From positions 1,660,064 to 1,692,063 of the forward strand of contig NZ_JHUX01000003.1 of NCBI RefSeq assembly GCF_000619845.1: a stretch of 32,000 nt of DNA, in the 5' to 3' direction. The number at the start of each line of letters is the position of its first letter. Position 1 is the stretch's first letter. The translations under genes and the position numbers were made by a program. The DNA is from Alkanindiges illinoisensis DSM 15370 (GTDB taxonomy: Bacteria > Pseudomonadota > Gammaproteobacteria > Pseudomonadales > Moraxellaceae). Below the pieces are notes generated by a model, which was given only the letters and a program-made list of their open reading frames with translations, searched no databases and had not been told where the DNA came from. This document shows positions 18,010-27,245 of the stretch, piece by piece.

Positions 18010-18837
18010 TTATTTAAACAGTCTGTAGCCTGTGCCCAGAAACTTGGTGTAAAGGCCTGGTGATGCACGTTTCATCAGCCAGAACAGCTTGGCATCAATT
18101 TGCGGAATGGTATACAACTTGCCTTTATCCAAATTATCCAGTGTCAGTTTTGCCACCTTGTCACTGGTGGTAAATGCCAGATTGGTCAAGGCATAATCCA
18201 GTAGTCCCTTATGCGGCACCTTACCATTTTTGATGATATTGGTTGGCACTAGCGTTGGGCACAACACATTGACTTTAATATTAAATTTTTTCAGTTCGGC
18301 CGACAGGGTTTCTGACAAGGCCCGAACCCCGGCTTTAGACACGTTGTAAACGGTCATTTCGGGCGCGGCAGTATAAGAGGCAGCGGAAGCCACATTAATA
18401 ATGGCGCCATGACCCAGTTGCTTAAATTTCGGCACAAAGGCACGGCAACCATAAATCACGCCCCATAAATTGATATTCATGCACCATTGCCAGTCTTCTA
18501 TGGTCATTTCATCAAATTTGCCACCTAGGCCAATACCTGCGTTATTGATCACCAGCGTAACCGGGTTTTGCATCAACTGCCCGGCTTGTTCGGCCAGCTG
18601 CGTGACTTGCTCTTCTTTTGCCACATCACATTGCACGGCAAAGGCTTTTGCGCCCAGTGCTTCAATCAGGTTTACTGTTTCGTTGGCGGCATCAAGGTTA
18701 ATGTCTGAACACACCACCGTGCCACCCCGTTTAGCCAGTTCCAGCGCAAAGCTACGGCCAATCCCACTGCCTGCACCGGTGACCACCGCATAGGCTTTCT
18801 GGCTGGGCTTTTGCTTTTTCTTGCCAAATAAAATCAT
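18010..18837 (-). CDS. SDR-family oxidoreductase (275 aa, with C-terminal extension)
   Basis: 'AVVTGAGSGIGRSFA', 'NNAGIG', 'YNVSKAGV' (YxxxK). Confidence 0.9.
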   Translation of the reverse strand: MILFGKKKQKPSQKAYAVVTGAGSGIGRSFALELAKRGGTVVCSDINLDAANETVNLIEALGAKAFAVQCDVAKEEQVTQLAEQAGQLMQNPVTLVINNAGIGLGGKFDEMTIEDWQWCMNINLWGVIYGCRAFVPKFKQLGHGAIINVASAASYTAAPEMTVYNVSKAGVRALSETLSAELKKFNIKVNVLCPTLVPTNIIKNGKVPHKGLLDYALTNLAFTTSDKVAKLTLDNLDKGKLYTIPQIDAKLFWLMKRASPGLYTKFLGTGYRLFK

Positions 18838-18938
18838 AATTTATCCAAAACCACTATTAATCCAACACCACTCCCAGCCATCACTTGGGCAATAGCTGGG
18901 GCTAATAATCAGTGCGCTACTTAAGCTGCGCGGGCTAC

Positions 18939-19904
18939 TTAGGCTGAGCGAATTGGGGGAAAGAATTCCTTGGTCATATAGCGGGCCAGCAAGCCAGTGT
19001 CCTGATTCAGCAGTTTGTCTTTGTAGTAGTCCAGATATTCACTGGTATCATGGTCATTGGGATGGAAATCCGGACGCATATAATCCAGTAAATGGCTCAG
19101 CGTACTGCCATAAAGCCCATCTTTAGGACTCAATATGACTTTGGCACTATAAAACGCATCTTTCCAAAAGGTGGGACTGATCATATTGGTCGGCTTGCGC
19201 AGGAAGGGAATCATAAAACCACCCAGCGACACCAGCCCAATGATCGTAAAACTTGCCAGGGCAAAACCTGCCATGCGCAAGGCATAACTGCCATTTAGGA
19301 GCTGATAGACATCATAGGCAATATCTTTGTGCTCTGATTCTTCCAGCATGTGCCACTGCCATAAGGCTTTGGTTTTTTCATCATCAATAATTTCGTCAAA
19401 AATGTATTCATGCTTCATGGCATATTCGGCAATCACGGCAGTGAAGTGCTCAATCCCGGCCATTAAGGACAGCTTTAACGGCTGTGGAAACTTTAAGAAT
19501 CCATAGTCAAACACGTTTTTCGCCAGAAACCGGTAGAACTCAACCGGGAAATCGTGTTTTTTCAGGATTTCATTCCATTCATTGTGTATTTTGGAATGAA
19601 TGGCTTCCTGACCAATCAGGGCAGTTACCCGCTGCTTTAAGACTGGATCCTGCACAAAGTCACGATGATAGCGTGCTGTTTCAATCACCAGATCCTCACC
19701 AAACGTCAGGAAGATTGACAATGCCTGAAAGTAAGCAGATGCCAGTTCAGTATTGCGGAAAAATCGTTGATTGAGTTCTTTGGCATCAAACTTAAAGTTA
19801 AAATGACGAATTGGAATGGGCTGTTTGCTGGCAAAATCAGGTAGCTGAATTTCACGATAGAACTTGAGCTTCTTGAGTGATTTCCGAACGGCGGTAGTAA
19901 CCAT
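18939..19904 (-). CDS. Putative di-iron / 'metal-dependent hydrolase' family protein (COG3687/PF10118-like), paralog 1
   Basis: Four spaced carboxylate/His motifs: 'FGEDLVIE', 'GQEAIH' (ExxH), 'GIEHFTAVIAE', 'LEESEH' (ExxH). A hydrophobic segment 'FALASFTIIGLVSLGGFMIPFL' is also present. Family name is from memory. Confidence 0.75.
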   Translation of the reverse strand: MVTTAVRKSLKKLKFYREIQLPDFASKQPIPIRHFNFKFDAKELNQRFFRNTELASAYFQALSIFLTFGEDLVIETARYHRDFVQDPVLKQRVTALIGQEAIHSKIHNEWNEILKKHDFPVEFYRFLAKNVFDYGFLKFPQPLKLSLMAGIEHFTAVIAEYAMKHEYIFDEIIDDEKTKALWQWHMLEESEHKDIAYDVYQLLNGSYALRMAGFALASFTIIGLVSLGGFMIPFLRKPTNMISPTFWKDAFYSAKVILSPKDGLYGSTLSHLLDYMRPDFHPNDHDTSEYLDYYKDKLLNQDTGLLARYMTKEFFPPIRSA

Positions 19905-20129
19905 AACAACACCTATCTAAATAAAAGGATTAACTTCATCTTAAGAAACACTTGCAAAGTAAATCCCTGATCCGGGCCTTTCCATCAATTGAGCAAGCGC
20001 TTGCTTGGTTAAGAGCTAGCATTTCAGCACAATGACCATAACTTGCAAATGAGAAAAACTTGCCAGTTTTCTGATAGTTTTAGCTACCCGCCTCTTATTG
20101 CTGCTGGGTAGCTAGAACCATATAAGCCG

Positions 20130-21110
20130 TTAGGCTGCCTGTTGTACCTTGGGGGTGAATTCCTTCACAAAAAATGGATGCAATGCCCCACCCTCGGTCA
20201 GCAGCTTGTTCTTGTAATAATTCAGATACTCGGTGGTGTCATGGTCATTGGGGTGAAAGTCCGGACGCAAATAATCAAAAATCTGGCCCTGTGTACTGCC
20301 AAACACACCTTCTGTAGGACTAAACAGCAGGTTAACGCCACGGCTCATGTCTTTCCAGAATTTACCGGTTAGCATTTCCTGCGGTTTGCGCAACACAGGC
20401 ACCATAAAGGCAGCAAATGGCACCAGTCCCAGAATGGTGATATAAGCCAGCAAAAAGCCCCCAGCCCGCAGCTTATAATTACCATTCAGCAGTTGATACA
20501 CATCGTAGGCAATGTCTTTATGCTCGGATTCTTCAAGCATGTGCCACATCCATAGTGCACGGGTTTTGGCATCGTCAGAATGATAGAAATTCTGTTCATG
20601 CTTCATCATGTATTCTGCTAGCACCGCAGTAAAATGCTCAATACCGGCCATCATCGACAGTTTTAAGGGCTGTGGAAAGCGCAGGAAAACGTGCTTAAAG
20701 AACTGCTCGCCCAGAAAGCGATACAACCTTACCGGATATTGTAGCTCGGTAATCGCATCATTAAATTCGTTATGCAGTTTGGAATGAATGGCTTCCTGGC
20801 CAATCAGCGAGGTGACACGCTGCTTTAATACAGGATCTTTAATAAAATCCCGGTGATGGCGCGCCGTTTCAATGACCAGATCTTCGCCATAGGTTAAAAA
20901 AACCGATAAAGTGGCAAAAAACAGGGTGGCAAACTGATTGTTCATATAAAACGACAAATCAATTTCCTTGCCCTTAAATCCAATAGCTAAATGGCGGATT
21001 GGAATAGAACTTTTTGTGGCAAAATCGGGCAATTGTATTTGAGGCCGTGTTTTCAATGCACTGGCCTTGAATGTACGGGAAACTGTTTTCCGAATCGCTG
21101 TCGTAATCAT
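20130..21110 (-). CDS. Putative di-iron / 'metal-dependent hydrolase' family protein, paralog 2 (tandem duplicate)
   Basis: Collinear with paralog 1 and, by eye, well over half of positions identical. It has the same 'YGEDLVIE', 'GQEAIH', 'GIEHFTAVLAE' and 'LEESEH' motifs. ATG at 21110 is preceded by GAGGT. The six-frame ORF starts one codon earlier at a GTG. Confidence 0.75.
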   Translation of the reverse strand: MITTAIRKTVSRTFKASALKTRPQIQLPDFATKSSIPIRHLAIGFKGKEIDLSFYMNNQFATLFFATLSVFLTYGEDLVIETARHHRDFIKDPVLKQRVTSLIGQEAIHSKLHNEFNDAITELQYPVRLYRFLGEQFFKHVFLRFPQPLKLSMMAGIEHFTAVLAEYMMKHEQNFYHSDDAKTRALWMWHMLEESEHKDIAYDVYQLLNGNYKLRAGGFLLAYITILGLVPFAAFMVPVLRKPQEMLTGKFWKDMSRGVNLLFSPTEGVFGSTQGQIFDYLRPDFHPNDHDTTEYLNYYKNKLLTEGGALHPFFVKEFTPKVQQAA

Positions 21111-21762
21111 CACAAATACCTCACACTGAAATGGTTCAACCGAAACTGCCGAAGCCCTGTCGTGGTTACTTCTGCATCTAAATGTTGATCAAGCGAAAAA
21201 AGACAATATGGCTGCATCAATATGACAAACAGTCTGGTTAAAAAACCTGTCCTGTTCAAAGCAGCCTATAAAAATTGAGATCCTCTGGTCGCAAAAGCAG
21301 TTGCTGGCTGATAGCGCAAGGGTGATGCTGTTATCTACCAGTGAAACATTCCTTTTGCACAAATTGAGTTCGATCTCACCTTACCCTATCGTAGAATGAA
21401 AATTTGTTCGGATTCAATTCGGGTGTTTTGTTAGGTTTAGAATAGGGTGACCAGGTTTTTTTCAGGCTGATGCAGACCATATTTTTTGAGTTTTTAAGCC
21501 GAGATATTCCAGTAAGAATATTAAAAATTTTATTTAATATCAATTATTTGATTTTAAAAACCAGTACCTTTCTCATAAGGAAATAGGCTACTTATTATCA
21601 GTCAGTGCCTAACCTGTGCACTGCATCAAGCTCGCTAAACAATTAGGTCAGCGAAACCAGTTTCGGTACAATATTCAGATTCAGTACCAGTTATTCTGGT
21701 TAATTTGTGGTTTATTTCACAATTCTTAAACAGTATTTTGATGATTTAAATTTCTAAACAAT

Positions 21763-21794
21763 AAAAAAAGCCTGCTCCAGTGAGGGCGCAGGCT
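21763..21794 (-). terminator. Rho-independent terminator after the lipoprotein gene
   Basis: On the minus strand: AGCCTGC-gccctcactgga-GCAGGCT followed by a T7 run, beginning 19 nt after the stop codon. Confidence 0.75.
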
Positions 21795-21812
21795 TTGGAT
21801 TATTTGAGTTGG

Positions 21813-23720
21813 TTATTGCAGGCAGGCAATAAGTCCGGCTGACCCATAATAGCTGGCACCCGTAATTTTGCCTTGTGTCCACTTGGCATCAACACGGCTG
21901 CTAAAACCTTCTGCCGCAGTGAGCTGCTCAGTAAAATTGCCTGAAGGGAAGGTATTAAAGGCATCTGTTTCTTCATTGTTTAGGTTGGCAGTATAAGTGG
22001 TGCCATTTACTTTTAAGCTTACCATGTTGCCTGACTTGCTAATCACACAGCTACTGTCAGTCACGCCCCCTGTTTTTACTTTCAGGACGGGTGACGTAAA
22101 GTCTGCTGTAATTCCCGCCCCGCACTGATACCAGGTAGATGCTGTTACAGGCTTGGTGCAGGCACTGGTGTTAAAGCCTGTAGGACTGGTAGGTGCAGTG
22201 TTAAAATGAATCAGCAAGCCGTTTACTGTTATGCCAGAACTTGCACCCGTGACTGCCGCCAGTTTGACATCCTTGAGATAAAACTGCTTGTAATTGTTGA
22301 CTGCTGAAATAGTAATACCGGCACAGGGAGTCTGGCTGCCTGCACCGCAGTTAAAGGCATATTTGTTATTTTCAATCATCAAGCTTTGCACGCTATTGCC
22401 ACTCATGTTGAACTTCACATACGTTGTGCCATTGTTGCCTGCTGTGGATGTAAACTGGTAATAATCAGCAATCGTATTGGCTGAGGCTTCCTTGCTAAAT
22501 CCACAAAAATCGCTGGGTGCGCCAGTAAATGCCAGCTTGTCATCGCCCGCCTGATTGCTACAAACAGGTGTAACTGTTCTTTTTTTGCTGGCCAGTTTTA
22601 CTGCACCTTCTGCCCCTGCAATCCCCTGTGGCTCAAGGGTCAGGTAGCCAGTGGCCACATCGTATTTGATATAAAGCGCAACCCCGGTGCCTGCAGCATT
22701 ATAAAAAGTTAAGGCATCCACTTCATTTGCCGTGTCTGGCTGGCTGCGCTGGTAGTCCGACAAGGTGTGCTGTTTGTATTGATAACTATAGCTTTGCTCC
22801 TTGCCTTTAATAGTAACCAGCCCATCCTTGCTAATGCTCACCTGATGAATACTGTCAACCGGAAACTCGGCTGCTGCACCGCCAGCACTGGAAACTGCCT
22901 GCAATTGATAGCTACCAGCCAGTGCATTCAGGAAAGTGGCGGTATCTTTGGAACCAGCAACCGTTAATGCCTCGGATACCGTATCAGTGGTATCCGTAAT
23001 GGGAGATGGAATGCTATTACTGCTTAAATAATTGGCCCTGAACTGGGTATAACTGGCTGCACCTGATTGCTGGATGGCTGCTGCAAACTGTTCCAGTAAC
23101 TGGTCATAGGCATCATCAAGGGCTGCATTAAAGACACTGGTATACGGATTAAAGCTGGTGGCAGGTAGCGTGTAATTTTTGGCTTTAAGCTGCGCTAGAA
23201 TACTGCTCAGGCTACGGTCAAGCTGGCTGACAATATCGTTTAGACTGGCTTTAAAGCTGCTACTGCTGTACCAGTCATTTAAAGCAATGCCCTTGCTGTC
23301 ATTAACAGCTTTGGCCAGAGCCAGGTCAGTAAGCGGCGTAATGTTGGCGGTAACCTGGCGGGCATTATTGTTGCCACTACCCTGAGCCAGAGAGTACAAA
23401 GTCTGCTGATTGGCAACATCTGCTGCCCGTCCACCAGTCAGGCGAATGGCACATGGCAGGCTACTGGTGGGGACACTGGCTTGCCACTTGCCCTGATTGT
23501 CGGTGGTGGCAGCAGACTCCTTGCTATAACCATTACAGTTCAGATCAATTTTAGCATTGTTAATCGCACTTCCTACCGCGGCCACACCAGACACCGTGGT
23601 GCTTGCAACTGGTGCCGGTGTATTGCTGTTGTGCTGGTTATCATGGTCATTGTGACAGGCTGCAAGCAAAAGTGCTGTGACGCAACAGGCGCTTAGTGCG
23701 CTGGATGGCAGGTATTTCAT
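21813..23720 (-). CDS. Large Cys-containing lipoprotein of unknown function (635 aa)
   Basis: 'MKYLPSSALSACCVTALLLAAC' is a signal peptide with an LAAC lipobox. ATG at 23720 has GGGGA upstream; the six-frame ORF begins at 23741. The N-terminal region resembles a carboxypeptidase-regulatory-like beta-sandwich ('TVSGVAAVGSAINNAKIDL...TTDNQGKW'). The rest is Ala/Ser/Thr/Gly/Asn-rich with paired Cys residues. Confidence 0.75.
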   Translation of the reverse strand: MKYLPSSALSACCVTALLLAACHNDHDNQHNSNTPAPVASTTVSGVAAVGSAINNAKIDLNCNGYSKESAATTDNQGKWQASVPTSSLPCAIRLTGGRAADVANQQTLYSLAQGSGNNNARQVTANITPLTDLALAKAVNDSKGIALNDWYSSSSFKASLNDIVSQLDRSLSSILAQLKAKNYTLPATSFNPYTSVFNAALDDAYDQLLEQFAAAIQQSGAASYTQFRANYLSSNSIPSPITDTTDTVSEALTVAGSKDTATFLNALAGSYQLQAVSSAGGAAAEFPVDSIHQVSISKDGLVTIKGKEQSYSYQYKQHTLSDYQRSQPDTANEVDALTFYNAAGTGVALYIKYDVATGYLTLEPQGIAGAEGAVKLASKKRTVTPVCSNQAGDDKLAFTGAPSDFCGFSKEASANTIADYYQFTSTAGNNGTTYVKFNMSGNSVQSLMIENNKYAFNCGAGSQTPCAGITISAVNNYKQFYLKDVKLAAVTGASSGITVNGLLIHFNTAPTSPTGFNTSACTKPVTASTWYQCGAGITADFTSPVLKVKTGGVTDSSCVISKSGNMVSLKVNGTTYTANLNNEETDAFNTFPSGNFTEQLTAAEGFSSRVDAKWTQGKITGASYYGSAGLIACLQ

Positions 23721-23872
23721 GGTCGTCCCCGTTTTAATCATTGTGATTGCTTTGGGATACGATACAAAGATTTTAAAATGAGGCGCATCCCCTGTTTAGG
23801 GGGGTAAATCTATAATCCTGCCATTAAATTGTAGCCATCAATTATTGTTTAAAGACCGATTGATTTACTGGC

Positions 23873-24550
23873 TTAAATTAAGCCGTATTGCAATGCAACC
23901 ATGACGGCTTCTGCCCGCGATGAAATATTCAGCTTGCGATAGATTTCCTTTACATAACTGGCAACAGTATGCACTGAAATGCCCAGTTGCGCTGCGGTTT
24001 CATTGACCTGCAAGCCACGGCCCAGACAAGCCAGCACTTCTTTTTCGCGCCGGGTTAATGGCAGGACAATCGGCAGTGACTTTGTTGTCTGGCTCTGGCC
24101 AATATGTCGCATGTACTGCATGATTTTTTTAATAAATAAGGGTGATAACACCGCATCACCCTGAGCAATTTGCCGCAGTTGCTGCACAAAACATTCAGCT
24201 TCCATGTCTTTAAGCAAATAGCCTTGCGCACCCTGCTGCACTGCCTTGAACAGATGCTGGTCATCCTCAAAAATGGTCACAACCACGGTCAGTATCTGCG
24301 GACAATGGCGGGCACAATGCTCAATCAGCTCAAGGCCATTACCGTCCGGCAAGCCCAGATCAATCAGGGCAATATCATAGGCCGGCGTATGTTTGAAAAA
24401 ATGGCAAGCCTGTCGCAGGTTAAACGCCTGATCCACCTGAATGGCAGGAAAAGTATCACGCAGACGGTTACTCATCCAGTGATTGCTGCTTTCAATGTCC
24501 TCAACCACCAGTGCTGTCTTAAACACGCGGCTTTCCTCTAATTGCTGCAT
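23873..24550 (-). CDS. NarL/LuxR-family two-component response regulator
   Basis: Receiver domain ('ALVVEDIE', 'IALIDLGLPDGNG') plus a C-terminal LuxR HTH ('LTRREKEVLACLGRGLQVNETAAQLGISVHTVASYVKEIYRKL'). Confidence 0.9.
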   Translation of the reverse strand: MQQLEESRVFKTALVVEDIESSNHWMSNRLRDTFPAIQVDQAFNLRQACHFFKHTPAYDIALIDLGLPDGNGLELIEHCARHCPQILTVVVTIFEDDQHLFKAVQQGAQGYLLKDMEAECFVQQLRQIAQGDAVLSPLFIKKIMQYMRHIGQSQTTKSLPIVLPLTRREKEVLACLGRGLQVNETAAQLGISVHTVASYVKEIYRKLNISSRAEAVMVALQYGLI

Positions 24551-24611
24551 TCTGCACGTCCGTAGCCATAAAGCATTTTCAGGTCATCAAGCATTTTCAG
24601 GTTAAACCGGT

Positions 24612-26876
24612 TCAGGAACAGGCCAGTGGAATCTGGATGCATAGACTGGTGCCACCGTTTTCCTGCTGTGTCTGCACCTCAAGCTGCGCATTTAGCATCT
24701 GCATGCGCTGCTTAAGATTAGTTAATCCATGTCCTGTCTGACCTGTCTGCACTGCTCCCGTTGATGTCCTGATTTGTGCCTGATGCTCAAGGTCAAAACC
24801 GGTGCCGTTATCCTTAAGCATGGTTATCAGCATTCCCTGTTGATAACTAATCTCAATGCTGACCTGGGATGCCTCTGCATACTTGATAATATTGCTAAGC
24901 AGTTCGCGCATCATCGAAATGTAGTTTTTATAAGTCTGGTAATTCAGCGGAATGCTCTCGTCTTCCAGCCTGATCGTCCAGTCCAGTGCAATGCCGGATT
25001 CCTGCAAGCGGTGTGTGGCTTCTTGCTCTAAGGCATGTAGCACCGTGCTTAATGCAAGGCCAGTTCCGGTCATGCCGCTGATAATGGTCCGCATGTCAGC
25101 AATGGATTGCCGAATCACCTGCTTGGTCTGGTGCAGGTCTTGCTGATGCAGACCGGATAGCAGGCGTGAGCCAATGTCATCATGCAAATCGCGTGCAATA
25201 CGGCTGCGCTCCTCGCTGGCACCGCGATCATAGGCAAAGCGACTATCATCTGCACGCTGGATCAGGGTAATTAAATGACGAACCAGATTGCAGTCCTGCC
25301 CGGAAAAAAGACCCCGTCCCTGACGTGGATACTGTACCCGCAGGGCCGGAATATCACCAATAGCGGGTAGTAGCAAAGCAAGTCCATCAGCATACAATAT
25401 AGGTTGGTTAGTTGCAGAAGCCTGACTTGAAGCAGTTATATTTACCGTTTCACCGGTGAGATCATTATCATAGATTTCTTCAATTTCAAGAGGCTGAAAC
25501 AAGCGGTGCAACAATTTCTGCCATTGCTGACGTCGGTTTTGTTCCGTATTGGCAAAGGAAATATCCAGCACCACCTGAAATAGCTCTTCCTGTTGCAGGC
25601 CTTCCTTGATTAAAAAACGTCGCTGCAACATGCCGCGTATCGGTAGCCACAACAGGCCACAAATCAGCAGCGCCAGACCAAAAGAGACGGTTGGACTTAA
25701 CACCATAATCAGCAAGGCATCCAGTAGCATCAGCACTATTGCACCAGCCAGCCAGAACAAAATACCAAATGCCCACTGGTCAAGGTCAAACAATCGGTAG
25801 CGCTTAAGACCCAGTGCAATGCCAATGGTCACCAGCAAAAAGAAGCCAAAGGCATAACCTTGTGACAGGCTGGTTTCAACACCCAGTAACTGAATGCTTT
25901 GCACCAGAAATACAAACAAACCGCAACTGACCAGAATGCAGGCTGCAAACCAGCGTAAAGCCACCCGGGCACGTGGGTCATTACGGTTAATACGCCATTG
26001 CCAGAGGGCCAGCACAATTGCCCCCAGCATTTGCAGGGTGACTGGCAGATCACCGCCCATGCTGGGTTCTGGCAGCAGATACAGGCTATCGGCCAGCAGC
26101 CATAACAGGAAAAAAGCCGGAATCAGCCATAGTTTTGCGGGTTGTACCAGTACTTTGGGATACACCAAAAACAGGCTTAGTAGCGCACTGCCATACAGCA
26201 ATGACCCGGCAGTGTTGACAATTACCAGTGCATGCAGCAACTGGCCATTCAATGCCAGATCCCGCGTACTATAAATGGCAGCAGCAAATGCAAAAACCGG
26301 GTACATGGCATTAAGTAGCGCAAACACTTGTGCGGCAATCTCCTGCGGACGCAAGGCCCAGATCCAGCAGCCCAGTAAAAAGCCCAGTGCGCTGACGGCC
26401 AGCTGGAACCAGAACACCACGGGTAAACTGGTCAATGGACGGCTGGCCGCAACTGGAATTTCTGTATAGTTAATGGACTGATTTGCCCCTAACCGCCAGC
26501 CAATTTGAATCGATTGATGCTGCCTTAGCTGAGCATGCAAAACACTTTGCTGGTCAAACAATTGCTGCATGGCCGCATAGCTTTCCAGAAAATGCGGGTC
26601 TTCTGTCAGGTCTTTGGCGGTGAGGGATAATGCAGGCTGTGCGCCGGCCTGAATGCTGATTAGCTCAGCGCTGGCTGGAATCTGGGGATGAATGCTATTT
26701 GTAATTTGAATAATTTTTTCAGGATGTTGCGCGCTGCCTTGCTCTGCAACCTTTAATGTTAAACCACTATAGGGCTGGTGAATCGCACATAAAATGGTCA
26801 GTAACAGGCAAGCAATGATCAAGCTGGTGGCAATAATTAACCGCGTCCCTGGCGTTAAGGCAAGCTTTGGCATCAT
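24612..26876 (-). CDS. Membrane sensor histidine kinase (HisKA_3 type): N-terminal periplasmic domain plus about 9 further TM helices
   Basis: H-box 'ERSRIARDLHDDIGSRL'. ATPase boxes 'DNGTGF' and 'GHGLTNLKQR'. One N-terminal TM, a periplasmic segment of about 115 aa, then a long polytopic hydrophobic region (residues about 150-420). Confidence 0.85.
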   Translation of the reverse strand: MMPKLALTPGTRLIIATSLIIACLLLTILCAIHQPYSGLTLKVAEQGSAQHPEKIIQITNSIHPQIPASAELISIQAGAQPALSLTAKDLTEDPHFLESYAAMQQLFDQQSVLHAQLRQHQSIQIGWRLGANQSINYTEIPVAASRPLTSLPVVFWFQLAVSALGFLLGCWIWALRPQEIAAQVFALLNAMYPVFAFAAAIYSTRDLALNGQLLHALVIVNTAGSLLYGSALLSLFLVYPKVLVQPAKLWLIPAFFLLWLLADSLYLLPEPSMGGDLPVTLQMLGAIVLALWQWRINRNDPRARVALRWFAACILVSCGLFVFLVQSIQLLGVETSLSQGYAFGFFLLVTIGIALGLKRYRLFDLDQWAFGILFWLAGAIVLMLLDALLIMVLSPTVSFGLALLICGLLWLPIRGMLQRRFLIKEGLQQEELFQVVLDISFANTEQNRRQQWQKLLHRLFQPLEIEEIYDNDLTGETVNITASSQASATNQPILYADGLALLLPAIGDIPALRVQYPRQGRGLFSGQDCNLVRHLITLIQRADDSRFAYDRGASEERSRIARDLHDDIGSRLLSGLHQQDLHQTKQVIRQSIADMRTIISGMTGTGLALSTVLHALEQEATHRLQESGIALDWTIRLEDESIPLNYQTYKNYISMMRELLSNIIKYAEASQVSIEISYQQGMLITMLKDNGTGFDLEHQAQIRTSTGAVQTGQTGHGLTNLKQRMQMLNAQLEVQTQQENGGTSLCIQIPLACS

Positions 26877-27181
26877 GTGCTACCCTAGTTGTGTAAATAT
26901 TATGAATTTTTATGTACCGTTATGTATCATTCCTATTTCTTCAGCATTTTTCAATAGTATTAAAAAGATTATTTAAAAAAATGAATCAATCCCGTTCTTT
27001 TCCTTAGAGAAAAATACTAAGTCACTGTAATGATATTTTAAGAAAGGGCTAGAGCTTTTGCTGCTCCGAGCTACTCCAGTTTATGATTTAAAGGTTAGAT
27101 TTTTTAGATTGTTTTTGAGCTGCTAGGCTTTTGAATTGTTATTTGGGCATTTCTACAGCAGGCTTTTACCAAGTTAAAGCA

Positions 27182-27204
27182 CGGGCATTAATAGCTAATG
27201 CCCG
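27182..27204 (-). terminator. Hairpin downstream of the TonB-dependent receptor gene (possible terminator)
   Basis: CGGGCATTA-atagc-TAATGCCCG, a 9-bp perfect stem about 40 nt after the stop. Only a short T-run follows on the minus strand. Confidence 0.4.
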
Positions 27205-27245
27205 CGCTTCAACTTTATTGATGGGCTAACATAAACCTTAACCAA

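Noticed and set aside
24774-26469. Several 64-126-aa ORFs within the histidine kinase gene, on the opposite strand or in other minus-strand frames
   Set aside because: They are nested within the kinase CDS. The sense frame has coherent TM, H-box and ATPase motifs throughout.
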